A stretch of 62,638 nt of DNA, the filler included, from Sphacelaria rigidula (lineage: Eukaryota): the NCBI GenBank assembly GCA_964200075.2. It is 9 parts of 9 records of this genome, joined end to end, with 100 filler letters (N's around TTAATTAATTAA, not from the genome) between each part and the next. Parts side by side here need not be neighbours in the genome. Positions count along the whole stretch, not along the records: positions 20,914 to 27,784 come from CAXNAA020017655.1; positions 27,885 to 34,755 come from CAXNAA020017656.1; positions 34,856 to 41,726 come from CAXNAA020017657.1; 6 more parts are not named here. One strand, given 5' to 3'. The notes beneath the pieces were generated by a model. That model ran no database searches. It was not told the DNA's origin and saw only the letters and a program-made list of their open reading frames with translations. Below, one piece after another: positions 24,501-37,495 of the stretch. Numbering within the stretch: the stretch's first letter is position 1; each line of letters begins with the position of its first letter. Both the position numbers and the translations under genes were made by a program.

Positions 24501-27500
24501 CATGTGATACAAAACGAATTTAAACTTCACCCAATGCCCACTACCGTCCGCGTGTAATGCAGACCCGGATTTGTAGTACCCCATATTTCACATTCCATCA
24601 CTCACGTTCGTGAAATCCTTTGCTGTTTGCTCCCCCGTAACGGCATCACTCCCCGTCCTCTCCCGGACGGACGTTATGATCCCAACGTACATGTAAAGCT
24701 TGTCGTACGTGTTGCGGGGAGACAGAGTCTCGCCGACATCGTTTGAAGCTGTTCGAAGGCAGGCAGGCAGCAACAACGCCTGCTTCTTCACTGTTGTGGT
24801 TTGCAGGCTGCAGGCGGCGGTGCAGTGGATTGTGTAAGGGAGGGGTGGGGGGTGGGGGGGGGGGTAGAGTGAGGGACAGCGAGAACATCCTAATACTGCG
24901 GTTAGTTGAAGGTCACGATCGGTACATGTTATTCACAAAGCCACCTGTACTCGTAATTCGACCACGTATCTGGGTCATATCACTCTCGCATGAGTACTGA
25001 TAAGCCATGTTTTTCGATAACACCTAACTTTGTAGCTAGTACAACGGTATCTTTCTTTCGAGCTCCACTTTCGGTAGAATGGTGACCAATTTGCCGCGTG
25101 TCAGGTGCTATACCGCTGAAACGATCCCACCAGTCAGGCAGGTGAAAAGACCTCGATATTCCGGTATTTGTCGACATGTGTCCCATTCTCTGATCACGCT
25201 TCAGGTGCACATGACCACTTGCACTAAGGATCACAGGATATGTGTCGCGACATTCTGACGGTCAGGGCTTGTTAATTTTTAGTCTCGGAAAGATTGATCC
25301 AAACGCGGAACAACGCCAACCGTTGCTGTCCAAACATGACCAGCCCGCCCATGCTGTCATAAACGTATTGGCATCGCCTACTCTCAAACACCCATTTGCC
25401 AGAGGAATTAGTGTGGGGAGTGCGTTTATGCCTATTACAGAGGCGGGTCGCCTCGTGTTTGCGACCTCGGTTGAACCCACGGAGCGGAGCATCGAATCAT
25501 GTGGACATACGGGCGGCTTGACTCCAAAAAGAACGAGAGCACGTGCCGTACCAGAAACCTGGTAAACATGGGGTCGATGTATGTTTCTGACGGCTTGGTG
25601 TGTAATCGTTTCTTCACAAGAGCGTTTGCTGTGTCGAAGAACCTCGTTGAGAACGCCAAGAGGAACCCGGTGCTCCACCGGTATCGAGAACCACGTGAGT
25701 ACAGTATCTTATATCTCGTCAACGAGTTGGGGCAGATGTGTGACGACCGCTGTCGTGTAGCAAAGCGAATATATCATCATGTAGATTTCACAATATACGG
25801 CGGTTCTGTACTAGGCGAGCGCGACGTCAAAAAATACCAAAAGTGTGTTCTACCACAGCCTGCTGTAACCGTGCTTTACTGTAGCGCTGGCCAACACATA
25901 CCGACTCACTCTTTCTTGCCGTCGTAGCCAGCGAAAACAACCGGTACAGGTTTGAATCTTGAAATCTACTACTGTATCCAGGTTTACTCTAATGCGACCG
26001 TGGTCCGCCTCGGGACAGTTTAATCGGCTCACAGTCCAGGAACATTCGCGGGTTTCCAGATATCAGGGGAGGTTATACGAACAGCCGGAGAGCTCAAGAA
26101 GTCAACGATTTGTTTTTGGAAGTAAAGACTCCGCTCGCAGTCGTCCGGGTGTACCTGGCCCTTCTCGCGTTGCCAGAATAGCTTCACACTGTCTGTAGTG
26201 TTGTTGGAAAACACGAAGCAGAGACATCAACAGCGTGCATGCAACTACGGAAACCGAAAGGTGCTCGTCGAAGACATACTGTTCCATACTATACTGACTT
26301 TGCGTGCACTTGACTGCGGGCTCAAAACCGGTCAGGGACGTTCCTGTATTGTTGTCTATACATGGGTTCTACATTCACGTGTCGCAAAAATTATGTCCAC
26401 CTATATAGGTGGATCCTCGTTTCCAGTATCCTTTTATCATGACCAATCCCGCGTTGTTTTTTTAAACTCGGGAGCCCACATGTTTTTAATCAGCTGCCCG
26501 TTACGCATGTGTGCAAACAAAGTGAAGCCTTCACGTGTAGTACCGTGGTGCAGGCAGTAGTCAGTAGCCATATCCTTTGCATCTGCATCCACTGCCATGG
26601 ATGTGCAGCTGCATATGAAGACGATTAGTACTGTGTTCTATTGGCAAAGCACAGCTACCTACTGTGCTCGCGAGTACAACCCGTGCTGTAACCTGGCAGA
26701 GTACAGCCTGTACTCGGACATGAAGTAGTACAAGATAACAAATACAGATTACAGCTGTACCGTGTTTGCGAAGTATAGCCTATAGTTGTAATGTCGTACT
26801 GCTCGGAAAATCCACGGCCTGTATCGTGAATACTCTTGCCTGCTGCAACACCCTGGCACTGATCGTACTACTTTTATACTGTCAAGTCTACATCGTACAG
26901 ACTGTATCATGCCCATCATTTCCAGAAGAAAATGTCATCATCCACGGCACCACCGGAGGATGACAGATCGAAGTGGGAGTTTTCCGTCGCACTCAACGTT
27001 GACTCGTGCTGGCTGGACTTCGATACTCCGTCGGTCCTCTTTATGGTTGTTTCTGCTGTATATACTCATTTAATTCGTCTTGCCTGCTACGTACTTACCG
27101 TTTCCTTTGAATTGCGCAATCATTTGTAATGGACGTTCAGAGTGGGAGGGGGGTTGGGGGTTGCCATTCCGGCCCAGATGTTAATCATCGAGGGATTGAA
27201 CGTAGGACCGATAGATTGATGAAGAAGACATCTCACGTGCATTCTTCGCCCACGGTGGCGTGCTCACACGCATGTTTTTAGTTGGTTTTTGGACGGGAGG
27301 CCCTGATCCCAAAACATTATCCAACCCAGTCTACATGCGATTTTGTCGTGCCACATAGACACATGGAACACCTCTAAGGGAATCTGCACAGTGGCCGCAG
27401 GCGGCGCATAGGCAATATGCACAATTCATGCGCATGATATGTCCACTGAGCCTTTCACAACCCAAAATAAGGGTCTTTAAAAGCACAGAATGTAGGCGCA

Positions 27501-27784
27501 AAAATCGGAATCACGCGAAGCCTTAGGCGCACATGAGAGGCGAAAGCCAAAATATTATTGCTGAATTGGGTTTCTCACCGTGATGCACTCGGAAGACCCT
27601 ATTCGTGAGATTCAGAGAGTAGTTTCAGATTCCGAGTGGATGATCTAGCGTTCCGAACAGGGAACGTTTTTTTCTTTTTTTTTGCTTGAGCACACGTGCT
27701 GTGCATGCAGCCTCCGTACAGTACCCCATTCGAGTATTTCGGCGGTCTGGTTGGTGAGATACTGCACATCGCATTTTTACGCCT
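21555..27784 (-). mobile_element. Large unclassified dispersed repeat, copy A, with a decayed multi-exon minus-strand gene
   Basis: Collinear with 42287-48669, with many substitutions and indels. Paired ORF fragments in the track (e.g. 23219..23494 vs 44046..44333; 24588..24791 vs 45415..45618). Runs off the contig end. Confidence 0.75.
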
Positions 27785-27989
27785 NNNNNNNNNNNNNNNN
27801 NNNNNNNNNNNNNNNNNNNNNNNNNNNNTTAATTAATTAANNNNNNNNNNNNNNNNNNNNNNNNNNNNNNNNNNNNNNNNNNNNCCCCAACACGAACGAA
27901 AAAAACACGAGCCCCCCCCCCCCCCCCCCCCCCTCCTAATGAGATACCTCAGCGAAGATAAACCATGGGATTCATTAACTATTCGGTTA

Positions 27990-28589
27990 CGAGCTGGGCC
28001 AGCAGTGAATCCCGCATTTGCATGCCACACCAAAACTTATCAAGTTTACAAAATCAGCCCGACTTGAGTATATCGGTGTGACCTGCAGATCAACGTGAAA
28101 ACGCACAGAACCGCCCCTGAATAAAAAAAAATGAAAGAGAATGTACTGCATAATGTATCGCCTAACCGACGGAACAAAAAAGAAGGAATCCGTCGGTATT
28201 CGAACTCGTGACTTCCATAACTGGAGTCGACTGCATTACTTGGGTTAAACGAGCACAGCCGTGCCACACGAAAAGTTGGACGCCGCGCCGAATTTCTCGA
28301 ATTTCTGGCCGAAATCGCACCAGGATGTCCTCCACACAAGGATGCACAACTACACTAGGGATGCCCCCGTATTTGTTCATTTTAGACGGAGATCTAGTTT
28401 TTTTCTAGTTTTTGCAGACACTTCAAACCGCTCTAACTTTCTGTTGTTGATTTTTTACTTGGCATCCCCGGAAAGGTTGTGCGTAGTGATGATAAAAATA
28501 CTGCGTCAAAATTTCAGCGCCCAACGCTTCGGATTACCCACCGCCCGGCCCGGATACATTCGCAAATCACAGTCAGCTGGCCCAGCTCG
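27990..28589. mobile_element. Tc1/mariner-type MITE
   Basis: TA|cgagctgggccagc ... gctggcccagctcg|TA: perfect 14-bp TIR with TA TSD, 600 bp. Confidence 0.85.
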
Positions 28590-28719
28590 TAAGAGCTCTA
28601 TTCGCGCCGCTCCTCGACTGGCTCGGCGAAGTATACCCTAAGAAACACAGTCAATGAATGAATTCGGACTTCCCGATTTTTTGGGTTTTCACCCTCAATG
28701 TAATGCTAGACACTCAATC

Positions 28720-30185
28720 CGCGAGGTATATCTGACGGCAAAGCGATGGGCCCAGATCGTCTACGCTGCTGAAGTTATTCAACTTGTGTCGCTCGGGAAT
28801 CCTTCGGAGATTATATACCACTTTCGAAGCATCATCGCTCGGTCTGAACAGGTGGCGAGGTGCCACAGGAGTGTAAAGACGCCGCTATCAAGGTGCTACA
28901 CACGAAAAAGGATGGGCCCGAGTTTGGTAACTACAGATACATCTCCCTCGTGGTGCACATGCTGGCGAAGTTATCATTAAAATCGCAGCCAAATGGATCG
29001 GTAGCCTTCTCTGCGAGGAGGCGAGGATTCTCCCGGAAGACAAGTTCGAACTCCGGCGATAACGGCAGACCACCGACATGATGTTCGTGGTTCGCCCACT
29101 ACAGGAGATGGGACGGGTGATCAATGTCCCACTAATCGCGTACTTCATCGTACTGCAGGAGCGTCACGATCAGTAGACCGCACTCTCCTGTGGGGAGTGC
29201 TTGCCCGATTCGGAGCCCTGCCGTGGATTATCAATGTTATCCGCATGTTTCCCGACGGCATACGAGCCCGGGCACAGCTGGATGGTGGCGAACCGTCAGC
29301 GTGGTTCCACGTCTGCCAGGGACTCAGACAAGGCGGCGTTTCGTCCCCGCTCTTGTTTAATACCTCCAGCCTTGGTCGACGTGATTGTATGACGGTTCGG
29401 GGCAGATCCTGCCAAATTTTTTCATCACACTTGGTATTTCTAGATGATGCGCCAAAAGCTCACCATGGTGAGCCTGTGCAAGAGACGCCGCTGGAGATAG
29501 TGCCTCGCGTGGCGTAGGCAATGCTACATGCCAATGAGGCGGGCATGATCTCGAGGTTTACAGACGGGCTCGAATGATGGCAGTGATGATGGTGGCATGT
29601 CAGAAGTTTGGATCGACGGTAATGGAGAACAAGACAAGAGTCCGTGCGCCTGTGGTCAGTACCCAGCTCCGCAGAGACCGCATTGCACGTCGAGGTAGCG
29701 GGCCTACGATTCAAGCAGATGGTCAAGTTTGTTTACCTTGGTGATCGCTGTCAATGCGGATGCAAATATTTCCATAGAAAATCAACCGCCGCATCAGCGC
29801 TGCGCGGGGACACCTCCGAAAGCGTAGTTCCCCAGCTCTATGATTCGCCCAACGCCCAGTATCTCTGAAAAATCGGCTGCTTGAAGCGGAGGCGGTGGAA
29901 GCTATCTTGTACGGGTGTGCTACATGGGCACTGCGCTCCGAGGATTTCGACAGTCTGTGCGCGGACCCACCATGAGCTTTTGCTGCAAGCGGTTGGATTC
30001 CGCTTGAAGGGAGAGAAATGGCTACAAGACTCTTTCGTACAGAGATGTGCACGACATGACCAACTGCGACCGTGTCGAGATGACAATCCGCAAGCGCCGA
30101 CTTTGGTCCGCGACGGTCCTTGTCCGACGGAACGAAACACGTCTCCTGAGGAGGATCATGTCCGGACTGTTGATGAAGGACTAAG
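28720..30185 (+). mobile_element. Decayed non-LTR retrotransposon (RTE-like) reverse transcriptase
   Basis: Fragments GKAMGPD, KDAAIKVLH..GNYRYISL, TTDMMFVVR, QGLRQGGVSSPLLFN, LHANEA (decayed YADD), FVYLG and RLLRRIMSG. Many stops and frameshifts. Confidence 0.92.
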
Positions 30186-30564
30186 ATTACAATACCGGGC
30201 TTTGCTGTGTTTTTTTGTTGTTCATTTTTTACCTTTTTCACACGCAAGACGCAGTAACCATGCTCTCATAACTCACGGCACGACGGCGGGATAGATACAA
30301 AAAAAACAATTCAAGACGCTTGGTGGAATGAAGAAAAAAAAGCTTGTACATGACGAGGGTTCGCGGAAACATACGGTTATTTGCCACATCCGCATTCATC
30401 CCCCGTAGCTCATTTATCGGCTCTTCCTTCTGGACCCCATTGTACTTGTGCTGACCGACAGCGGATATCGGATCACAGATGGTGGAAACCAGGTTTCTAC
30501 TAACGGTTGGCAGTAGTAAGATGGGGGCCGGGACGGAGACCTTTCTAGGTTGGGATATTATTCG

Positions 30565-31041
30565 GGCCACTCGTCTTGTATAGAAAATAAAAAAATTCGT
30601 TGACAACTGCCGTTTTGGTCATTTCGCGTCATTTCACGCCCTTCAAGGGGGCCAGGTGGATGTTAACACCTTGAAATGAGCTGTTATACTCGTTGAGAGC
30701 GTTCCAGGGCACCTTCGCGTTTTCCGGTGGCCGCAGCATTTTTCTGTCTGCCGAAGTTGCATTTCCAATAACAAATGGCCAAGTCATGAAAAGGCTGACA
30801 GTTTTTCGTTGTTTCTTGATGACTTGATCCTTTGTACTTGGAAATGCAAGTTTGGTTTGGGTAAAAACAAGATGCGGCCACCGGAGAACGCAAGGGTGTC
30901 CTGGAACGGTCTCAACGAGTGTAGCAGGTCATTCCAAGGTGTCAACGTCCGCCGAGCCTTCTTCGAGGGCGTAAAACGATGCAGAAGGACCAAACAGGCA
31001 GTTTTTCAACAATACATGTTTTCACAAGTAACAAGTGGCCT
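30565..31041. mobile_element. Foldback MITE, almost entirely palindromic (~475 bp)
   Basis: Arms ~30565-30792 and ~30811-31041 are imperfect reverse complements, from ggccactcgt / acaagtggcc inward. No TSD found. Confidence 0.8.
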
Positions 31042-31682
31042 CACTTGTCTATTTTTCCCCTGAAATCCCCAAGACTTTCGGGAACAACGATTCCTCCCAA
31101 AAATGTGGGAGCAGGTTTCTTGGCCAGTCCAGGCAAAATATCAATTCAAGACTGACTACAGATTTCCACGAAAACCTAGTGCGGAATTTCTTTCTAGCAC
31201 TATTTTCCCGGACAAACCGGAGAAGAATTCCAATTTTTCGGGAAACGCGAAACGATAAATAAATAAAATCTGAAAGAAAAAATTGCTCAGCTAAATAACG
31301 GACCTACTTATAAACGAGGGGCCGTCTTATAAAACCTATTTAAAATGACTACGGCAGCGAGAGAATGTGGCATGAGTAATTTCAGCTCGTTGTCACTCGT
31401 TTTAACTCCAAACGAATTTCACAAAGTTGGGCAAGAAACTGAGGTGAACGTCTACGAACCGCGTCACGTATCACCCCTGATCTCAAAGCAGTTCACAGAT
31501 TGATGAGAGGAGATACACGGTCCGCGACACGAGCAGCGGTGGCAAGGGGCGTTGCTCTCTCAGTCAAAGCTGCTTGATGTTGCGCTTGGCTTTGTTTTTT
31601 AATCAGCCGTGAGTAACTGAAGCCGCGTTTTTGTCTGTTTTTCACACCCTAGACAGTGAGTTATGTCGTCAAAAAATGTACC

Positions 31683-31812
31683 GCGTACAGTTTGGAATCT
31701 ATTGTATGTTGCAATATACGCAATAGTCGATACTGCACGCAGTACACTGCGTACAGTTTGGAATCTACTGTATGTTGCAATATACGCAATAGTCGATGCT
31801 GTGCGCAATACC
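31683..31812. repeat. Tandem duplication, 66-bp period, 2 copies
   Basis: gcgtacagtttggaatcta(t/c)tgtatgttgcaatatacgcaatagtcgat at 31683 and 31749. Confidence 0.9.
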
Positions 31813-32082
31813 ATTTTTGACTGTATTATTTTGTCATTATCCAGGGTGTGCTGTTTTCGGATAACCGCGTCAGTCAAGCTAACGGCTGTATCGACGGACA
31901 ACTAAGCAACATACTTTTCACGGGTCAGACAGCTCATGAGCTACCTACCTGAAATAAGTAATCAAAGAGGACTCTTGCATCCCTTGTCCAAGAACACAAA
32001 ATACGTTACCACAGGGTCTGAGAAGCCAAAGTGCTTTCTGTGCGCTACTGCTCCGCGTGCTCGGCGTCCAGCGCTGCTGTAG

Positions 32083-32806
32083 GGACAAGATTATGATGGG
32101 AAAACAGCAGAAGTCCACGGTTAGGACGAATCATCACGACCACGAATCGCGAAATCCACGATTTCTTCGGCCTGATTGCCCAAAAGGAAAAAAAAAATGG
32201 ACCGCCGGTCCAAGGGGTATCCACGCAACTTTTGCGTCATTCCACGTGTCTGCGCTGCGTGTACCTGGGTTGCAACGCTGAAATAAAGCCTAGGGATTGA
32301 TTCGTACGATTCGGAACAATTATACTAGAACCAAGTAATTTCCACACGACTCATTATTTGTCCGACCCTTGAAGAAGTCCAAATGAGCTAGCTCATGATC
32401 CAGATCGGTACACTAACAAGAAGTGATATTGAGGTTGCTCATGAGGTATCGCACGTGTGAAGCGGTCATGCGTATGCCTGTTGCTCGCCTAATGTTGCGC
32501 CGACGCCGCTGACAAGCTTTTCCTCGTACTGCGGTGGATTGCGCTGGCTACCTCTGGAGGTGCCAGGAGGTGCGGCTCTGTATTGTATGACCTAATCCCC
32601 GCCCCCCGCGCACACACATACACACACCGGTCCCTGATGTATGTCCCGTTCGCTCTTGTTGTTGTTTTTTGTGATTTCTAGCAAAAATGCGGGCTGCCCG
32701 CGATTTGGACTCCGAGGTGCACGGATATGAACAGGGAGGGGAGGAGAGACCTGGTGAACGCCATCACCCGCTACGGTGGATACGACATCGCCGTGGAAAG
32801 AGCCGG
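32083..32806 (+). CDS. Three exons (32083-32216, 32517-32569, 32682-32806) of an uncharacterised protein with a GR-DL-NAI-RYGG helical repeat motif; possibly a pseudogene
   Basis: Phase-consistent GT/AG splicing gives ...KKWTAGPRAFPRTAVDCAGYLWRCQEQKCGLPAIWTPRCTDMNREGRRDLVNAITRYGGYDIAVERAG. The last exon is the best supported. Confidence 0.55.
32291..32371. repeat. Short dispersed repeat, probable hAT-like terminus
   Basis: accaagtaatttcca..cga(c/a)tcattatttgtccgacccttg also opens contig 1 (1-62) and contig 2 (6972-7047). Confidence 0.65.
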
Positions 32807-32959
32807 GTAAAAATATTGCATTTTTTTTATAACGTTTTTCTCTACCGCGTCATCATGGACGACTACTAGATACGGTGTTTCGCGAAAGTGAAGAAATGAA
32901 GATTTCTTACGAGGTGATTCTCTGGGATAGTCCCAAGGAATATTTGTGAAATATTTCTT

Positions 32960-33205
32960 CGCGTACTGTCGCGGGTACACGAAATTCGACTTAATGGTCG
33001 ATAAGAGAAAGGGACTGCTGAACCCCTCTCGTGATGAAATCAAAGGCGACCGCCGCAGAAGAAAGGTGGAGTACCAAAAAAAGGAAGAAAGAAAAAACTC
33101 CTGTGTTGACCTTCCTCCCGTGTGACCCCGGCTGGTGCGCCCACATATACCGAAAGGTGTAGACCGGCGTCCAGAATAGATGGGACGACAACAACACACA
33201 CTGTA
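32960..33205 (+). mobile_element. SINE copy, 5'-eroded
   Basis: Reverse-complement homologue of 1691-1925 (gtgtgaccccggctg...cgtccagaatagatggg, acaacacacac tail). Confidence 0.8.
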
Positions 33206-33761
33206 GCTCAAAAAAACTGATGCAATAAGAGTCGTTTCAGTACTACAGGCGCCCGAGATGTCTTGATACTGTATAAGTTTGTAAGTTTGTACCCTCCAAG
33301 CTCACTTTCATTGCACAGAAGCGCAAGTGCCCACCCAATTTTTGGACTTAGATCGTTTCTTGCGGTTGGTATTTTCCAGCCGTCATTGAAGAAAAAAAAT
33401 CCCGAGAAAAAAATGTGTCTACAAACTTCGTCCAGAAATATTGAGCCCTTCTTACGGTTCCACATTTTCTTCGTGGTTTCGAACCGGGGGGTACCAAAAG
33501 TACAGTGCGAGGGGTGCAAGGGGATGTGCACACGTGCGGGTGTATGACGAGCTGTCTGCTGAGATATGGATATGAGATTTACATGAGACTAGGTCATGGG
33601 ATATTCTCTGGAGTATGACTATGAGTGCTTGGCATGATGTGTGTGCGATGGGATGCAAAGGTCGTGTCCGATGACGAAGGCTGTGTGTTTGTGAACAACG
33701 TCTGTGTAGGTGGAAGAAGAGATGCAACATAGACCTCCCCCGATGGCTGATGGCCCAGCTC

Positions 33762-34083
33762 GTACTGTGTGCAATCTCACATCTTCATCCTACTCTATGC
33801 GGTAGTACAGACAGACGGTACTGCCTAGTGTTGTCTGTACTGCTGTACTGCATGGTGACAGCATCGTTCGTTAGTATAGCTGCTGTACTGCAGTGTGCAA
33901 ACTGACATCTTCATCCTACTGCTGTATGCGACAGCACAGACGGGGTTGTACTGCCTAGTGCTGTCTGTACCGCTCGTTGTCCACATCTTTCGCGTTGTTG
34001 GCATCATTTTCAGTACAGCCGCTGTACGACTGTGTGCAAGCTGATACTTGCATCCTATACTGCATGCGGCAGCACAGGCAGCA
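33762..34083. repeat. Degenerate tandem repeat, 3 units of ~125-140 bp
   Basis: gtgtgcaa..(t)gacatcttcatccta...tgcg.cag(c/t)acag recurs at ~33767, ~33893 and ~34032. Confidence 0.65.
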
Positions 34084-34989
34084 CAGTCTGTCTTTGCTGC
34101 ACGTTTTCGACAGCGCGGCTGATGCCAACAGATCGTCAACCCTGACCTCACCCTGCGTGCGCCGGGATGGCGAAGCGAAGTCTGTCCTAGCGTTCGAACG
34201 TCGCTGGAGATGCTCGAAATAGTTACCAGTAGAGTCCCTCGGATTACGATGAAGTGCAAAAACATATGTTTTCGCGTCTCTCCTGTGGAGTGCGCCGGCG
34301 TGCGGTTCTTATCTCACCGCCTTTTAGAAAATACGACTAATATATATATATATATATATATCTCGGTCCCGGGTCGTATCTTGTTCGAATATACCAGCCG
34401 GGAGCGCCCATCTCGTCAAACATTCTTCGGTTCGTATTGTTTTTCTGTGATTTTTGTCAAGATAGCAACCATAAGAATCGATCGAAGAAGGCGTCGCTTT
34501 TGGGGGGATGAAGAGGACATGACGATGATGACGATCGGGATGTCTATTTTCTTCTTTTGTCATCATCTATTCCTGCGACTTGTTTTCTATTTCGTCACAC
34601 GTTCAAGCGCTTATTTCCTATATCCTGACACTGACAGGCAATGGACCACCAACCTACGGTCAGTTCGTGGGATTTGTGCGGGCAGTGCGTGTACCCCCTC
34701 CCCCCCCCCCCCCCCCCCCCCCCCCCCACCACCCCCCGCCCCCATCTCCCCGCGCNNNNNNNNNNNNNNNNNNNNNNNNNNNNNNNNNNNNNNNNNNNNT
34801 TAATTAATTAANNNNNNNNNNNNNNNNNNNNNNNNNNNNNNNNNNNNNNNNNNNNATGTCTGACACACTTATGAGCCTCTTTTTTCGTGCAACCAAATAC
34901 CCCCCCCCCTATCGTAGGATGACTCCAACTAATGAGAAATGAACGATCAGAAGTAGAAACATAAACAGGCAGGTGGCGGCGCTTAGATT

Positions 34990-36132
34990 TTGGGCTAAGC
35001 AACGCGCCCTGGGTTAACCCACTGGATGCTATTTGGAATCTTCGGAACTTGTAGAACGTTCCCAAACGGTTGTCAAGTCGTGAGGTGGGCATCAGTGTTG
35101 TGCAGGTACCGTCCTGGCGGGGCTCAGCCGCAGCATTAGGTCCGCTCATGTGTAAACATCTACCGTTCTGTGATTGGGCCGGTGCATGCGGTTGAACGTG
35201 TGCCAGGTCAGGTGGTTCAGGCGTTGGACAACGTTAGCGATCATCAGTACCGTCAAATCAGTTGTCACTTCTGGGGCGGTGCAGGCGACCGTACGAACGC
35301 AGTTGTGATTGCCAGACTTACCAACATAGTGAAAAATGGCGCGAAGCTTCCGAGTGTATTTTTGTTAACAGCTTATATTCTTGCTCCGCACTTTCCAGAG
35401 CCTTCGTGGGTTCGCGTATCGCGCGTTCTAGTTCACTCTGTTCCGTTGTTTATTTCTCGGGGTGGACATTTACATTATGGGGGGCCTGCGCGGGCTCCTG
35501 GACCCTTGTAGAAACCTGTAGGCGGGCAAATTCCAACTCTCTGTTCGCACGTTCAATCTGTGCTAGATCGTTGCTGTGAATCTGATCCCATCACGCTGTT
35601 TGTTCAGCCACTGAAAAGTTGTACCAATGGCGCGGGGGAATGAAGGCTGGGCAAGTTTGCCGGAGCCGGTCGTGTGTTCCGTCACGCGTGAGCGGGGATT
35701 CCTCCGATTTGGGTGGCGTATCAAAAGCCAGAGTGGGGCGATCACGGGATTCAGCACCAGATTGGGTGCGAAGGTCATCGTCAAGAAAGGTTTTCGTAGC
35801 ATTAGGATTCACGTGGAGAGATGCCATCTGGGAATGAAAACTGGAAACACCGTCAGCGTTTTGAGTGGCTGGTTGGTGTACAGGGGAGTGTGCATCAAGG
35901 GGGTTAGGGTGAGCATGTGGAGGAGGATTGTAGTCTTCATCCACAATCACGTCCCTGAAAATACGTCCTGCAACAACGCTATCATCAACATCAAAACATT
36001 CCGGATCGTTTTCCCAACCGTTTCACTACGCGTGGTTGACTGTACGGTTGTTTCACCACTGTCTGAAGGAAGCGCACCGTCCTTGGTGATTTCGTGCTCA
36101 GATGACGTCGAAGGGCGGTGGACATCAGACAT
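34990..36132 (-). pseudogene. Decayed intronless ORF (low-complexity, then coiled-coil), possibly a retroelement gag/ORF1 remnant
   Basis: ORFs 35947..36258 and 35591..35950 link via a frameshift and continue through stops into RANRELEFARLQ...SELERAIRE...AEQEYKLL. No family motif recognised. Confidence 0.35.
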
Positions 36133-37211
36133 GGCTTGTAACCTGCGCAATTGCGCACAACCGGTAACGTAGAGATGCGAAGGTTGAAAAGTGAACGTAT
36201 CGTCGTGGAAGTAGACAGATGGTGTTGGGATCCTGATGCGACGTGTATATAAGAACAAGAAAAAGAGGGTGGCAGAGTATTGTCAACAGTTTTGTTCGAC
36301 GTGTAGCGTAGCGCACCCGCACATGTATTCAGCCAACCACCTTCTTAAAATTGGGTGTAGGCGAAGGAAAACAAAATGTAGGAGGCACACAACACACAGC
36401 GTTTATGTGAACATACAGTCGTCGTTGTGTGCTGGTGAATACACTTTGAAAACAAAAAACAAAACAAAAAACGAAAAAACATAGAACGACGGTTGTCGCT
36501 ATCAACATACATATAGTGACTGTCATCAGCGCAACAGCGCATTTGACAGACCTGCACGCCATGAAGGGGTTCGTGTGGGGCGCAGTGAACAGCAACGTCA
36601 AACCGCTCAGTTCTGTTTAGAGAACATGTTGACGTTGAGAACAAAAAAACTGTCGGATGCCGTATTTCCGGAGGCAATACCAGCGCAGCTGGCGATACTC
36701 CTTACAGTACCGTGTACTTCGCTGAAAAATAGCAAACGGGGTCTCGGTGACGTACATCGTACATTTAGACAGTTATTGATGTACAAGCACAACCGTAGTA
36801 CAGATATGTAGTGCAATTTAAGAGCAACGTACAAAACACCAGGCAGAAAATGCTCGGTGGCACAGTACAGAACATGTGATCTCCGCGTGTTACAGCGAAG
36901 GGTCGGATCAATAGTACAGTACCAACGTCAATTCGTTCGTATCACACGAAGAATATCCGACACAGCGCTGTGCCCGCACCGTGTTCATATCTACAATGCA
37001 TATATAGATGACTTTATATAGATAGTGCAGCAGTACCAACATATGCTACAGCACAGCACCTCACCGTCCGCAAAGATATAGCCCACCGAGACCACTTGTA
37101 TTCCAAACGGTACTGTACTGTGGTCAGTACTTCAATTCGGAACAATATTTTAACGCAGGAGGTACGCCGCACTTTGGCAATTAGAACGTGCTGTAGTGGC
37201 TGTTTGGTGGG

Positions 37212-37495
37212 GCACTAATCAAACTGTGATGACTGCTGCCGAGATAGCCCCCCCCCGAATCGGCCAAGAAGGTGCACGGAGGCGATGATCATAAATGCCG
37301 TTAGAGCTGCTTGCGTGCTGCACGACGCGACTCATTTGGGCGTTATAGCTGATTTCGGACCGCTACACGCCTCTCACGTGGGCGGAATTGCTGCAAACGG
37401 GCCCAAAAGTGGGATCGCAGCCGGTTTTTCGGACCGTCTCCGGTGCATTTTTTGTGGGGGGGCTATCTCGGCATCAGTCTGGTGTACATTGGTGC
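37212..37495. mobile_element. MITE
   Basis: gactgctgccgagatagccccccc (37231) vs ggggggctatctcggcatcagtc (~37479). Outer ends are approximate. Confidence 0.65.

Noticed and set aside
21555..27784. Fanzor/TnpB, Helitron Rep/helicase, KDZ transposase or viral (phaeovirus) genes
   Set aside because: No RuvC, HUH, helicase, KDZ catalytic or NCLDV core motifs could be recognised by eye here or elsewhere in the window. A profile search would be needed to exclude them fully.
36575..36811. hAT dimerisation-like peptide FPEAIPAQLAILLTVPCTS (and KRNRL at ~37635)
   Set aside because: The ER-FS motif is absent, the fragments are ~900 bp apart, and no supporting TIR pair was found.
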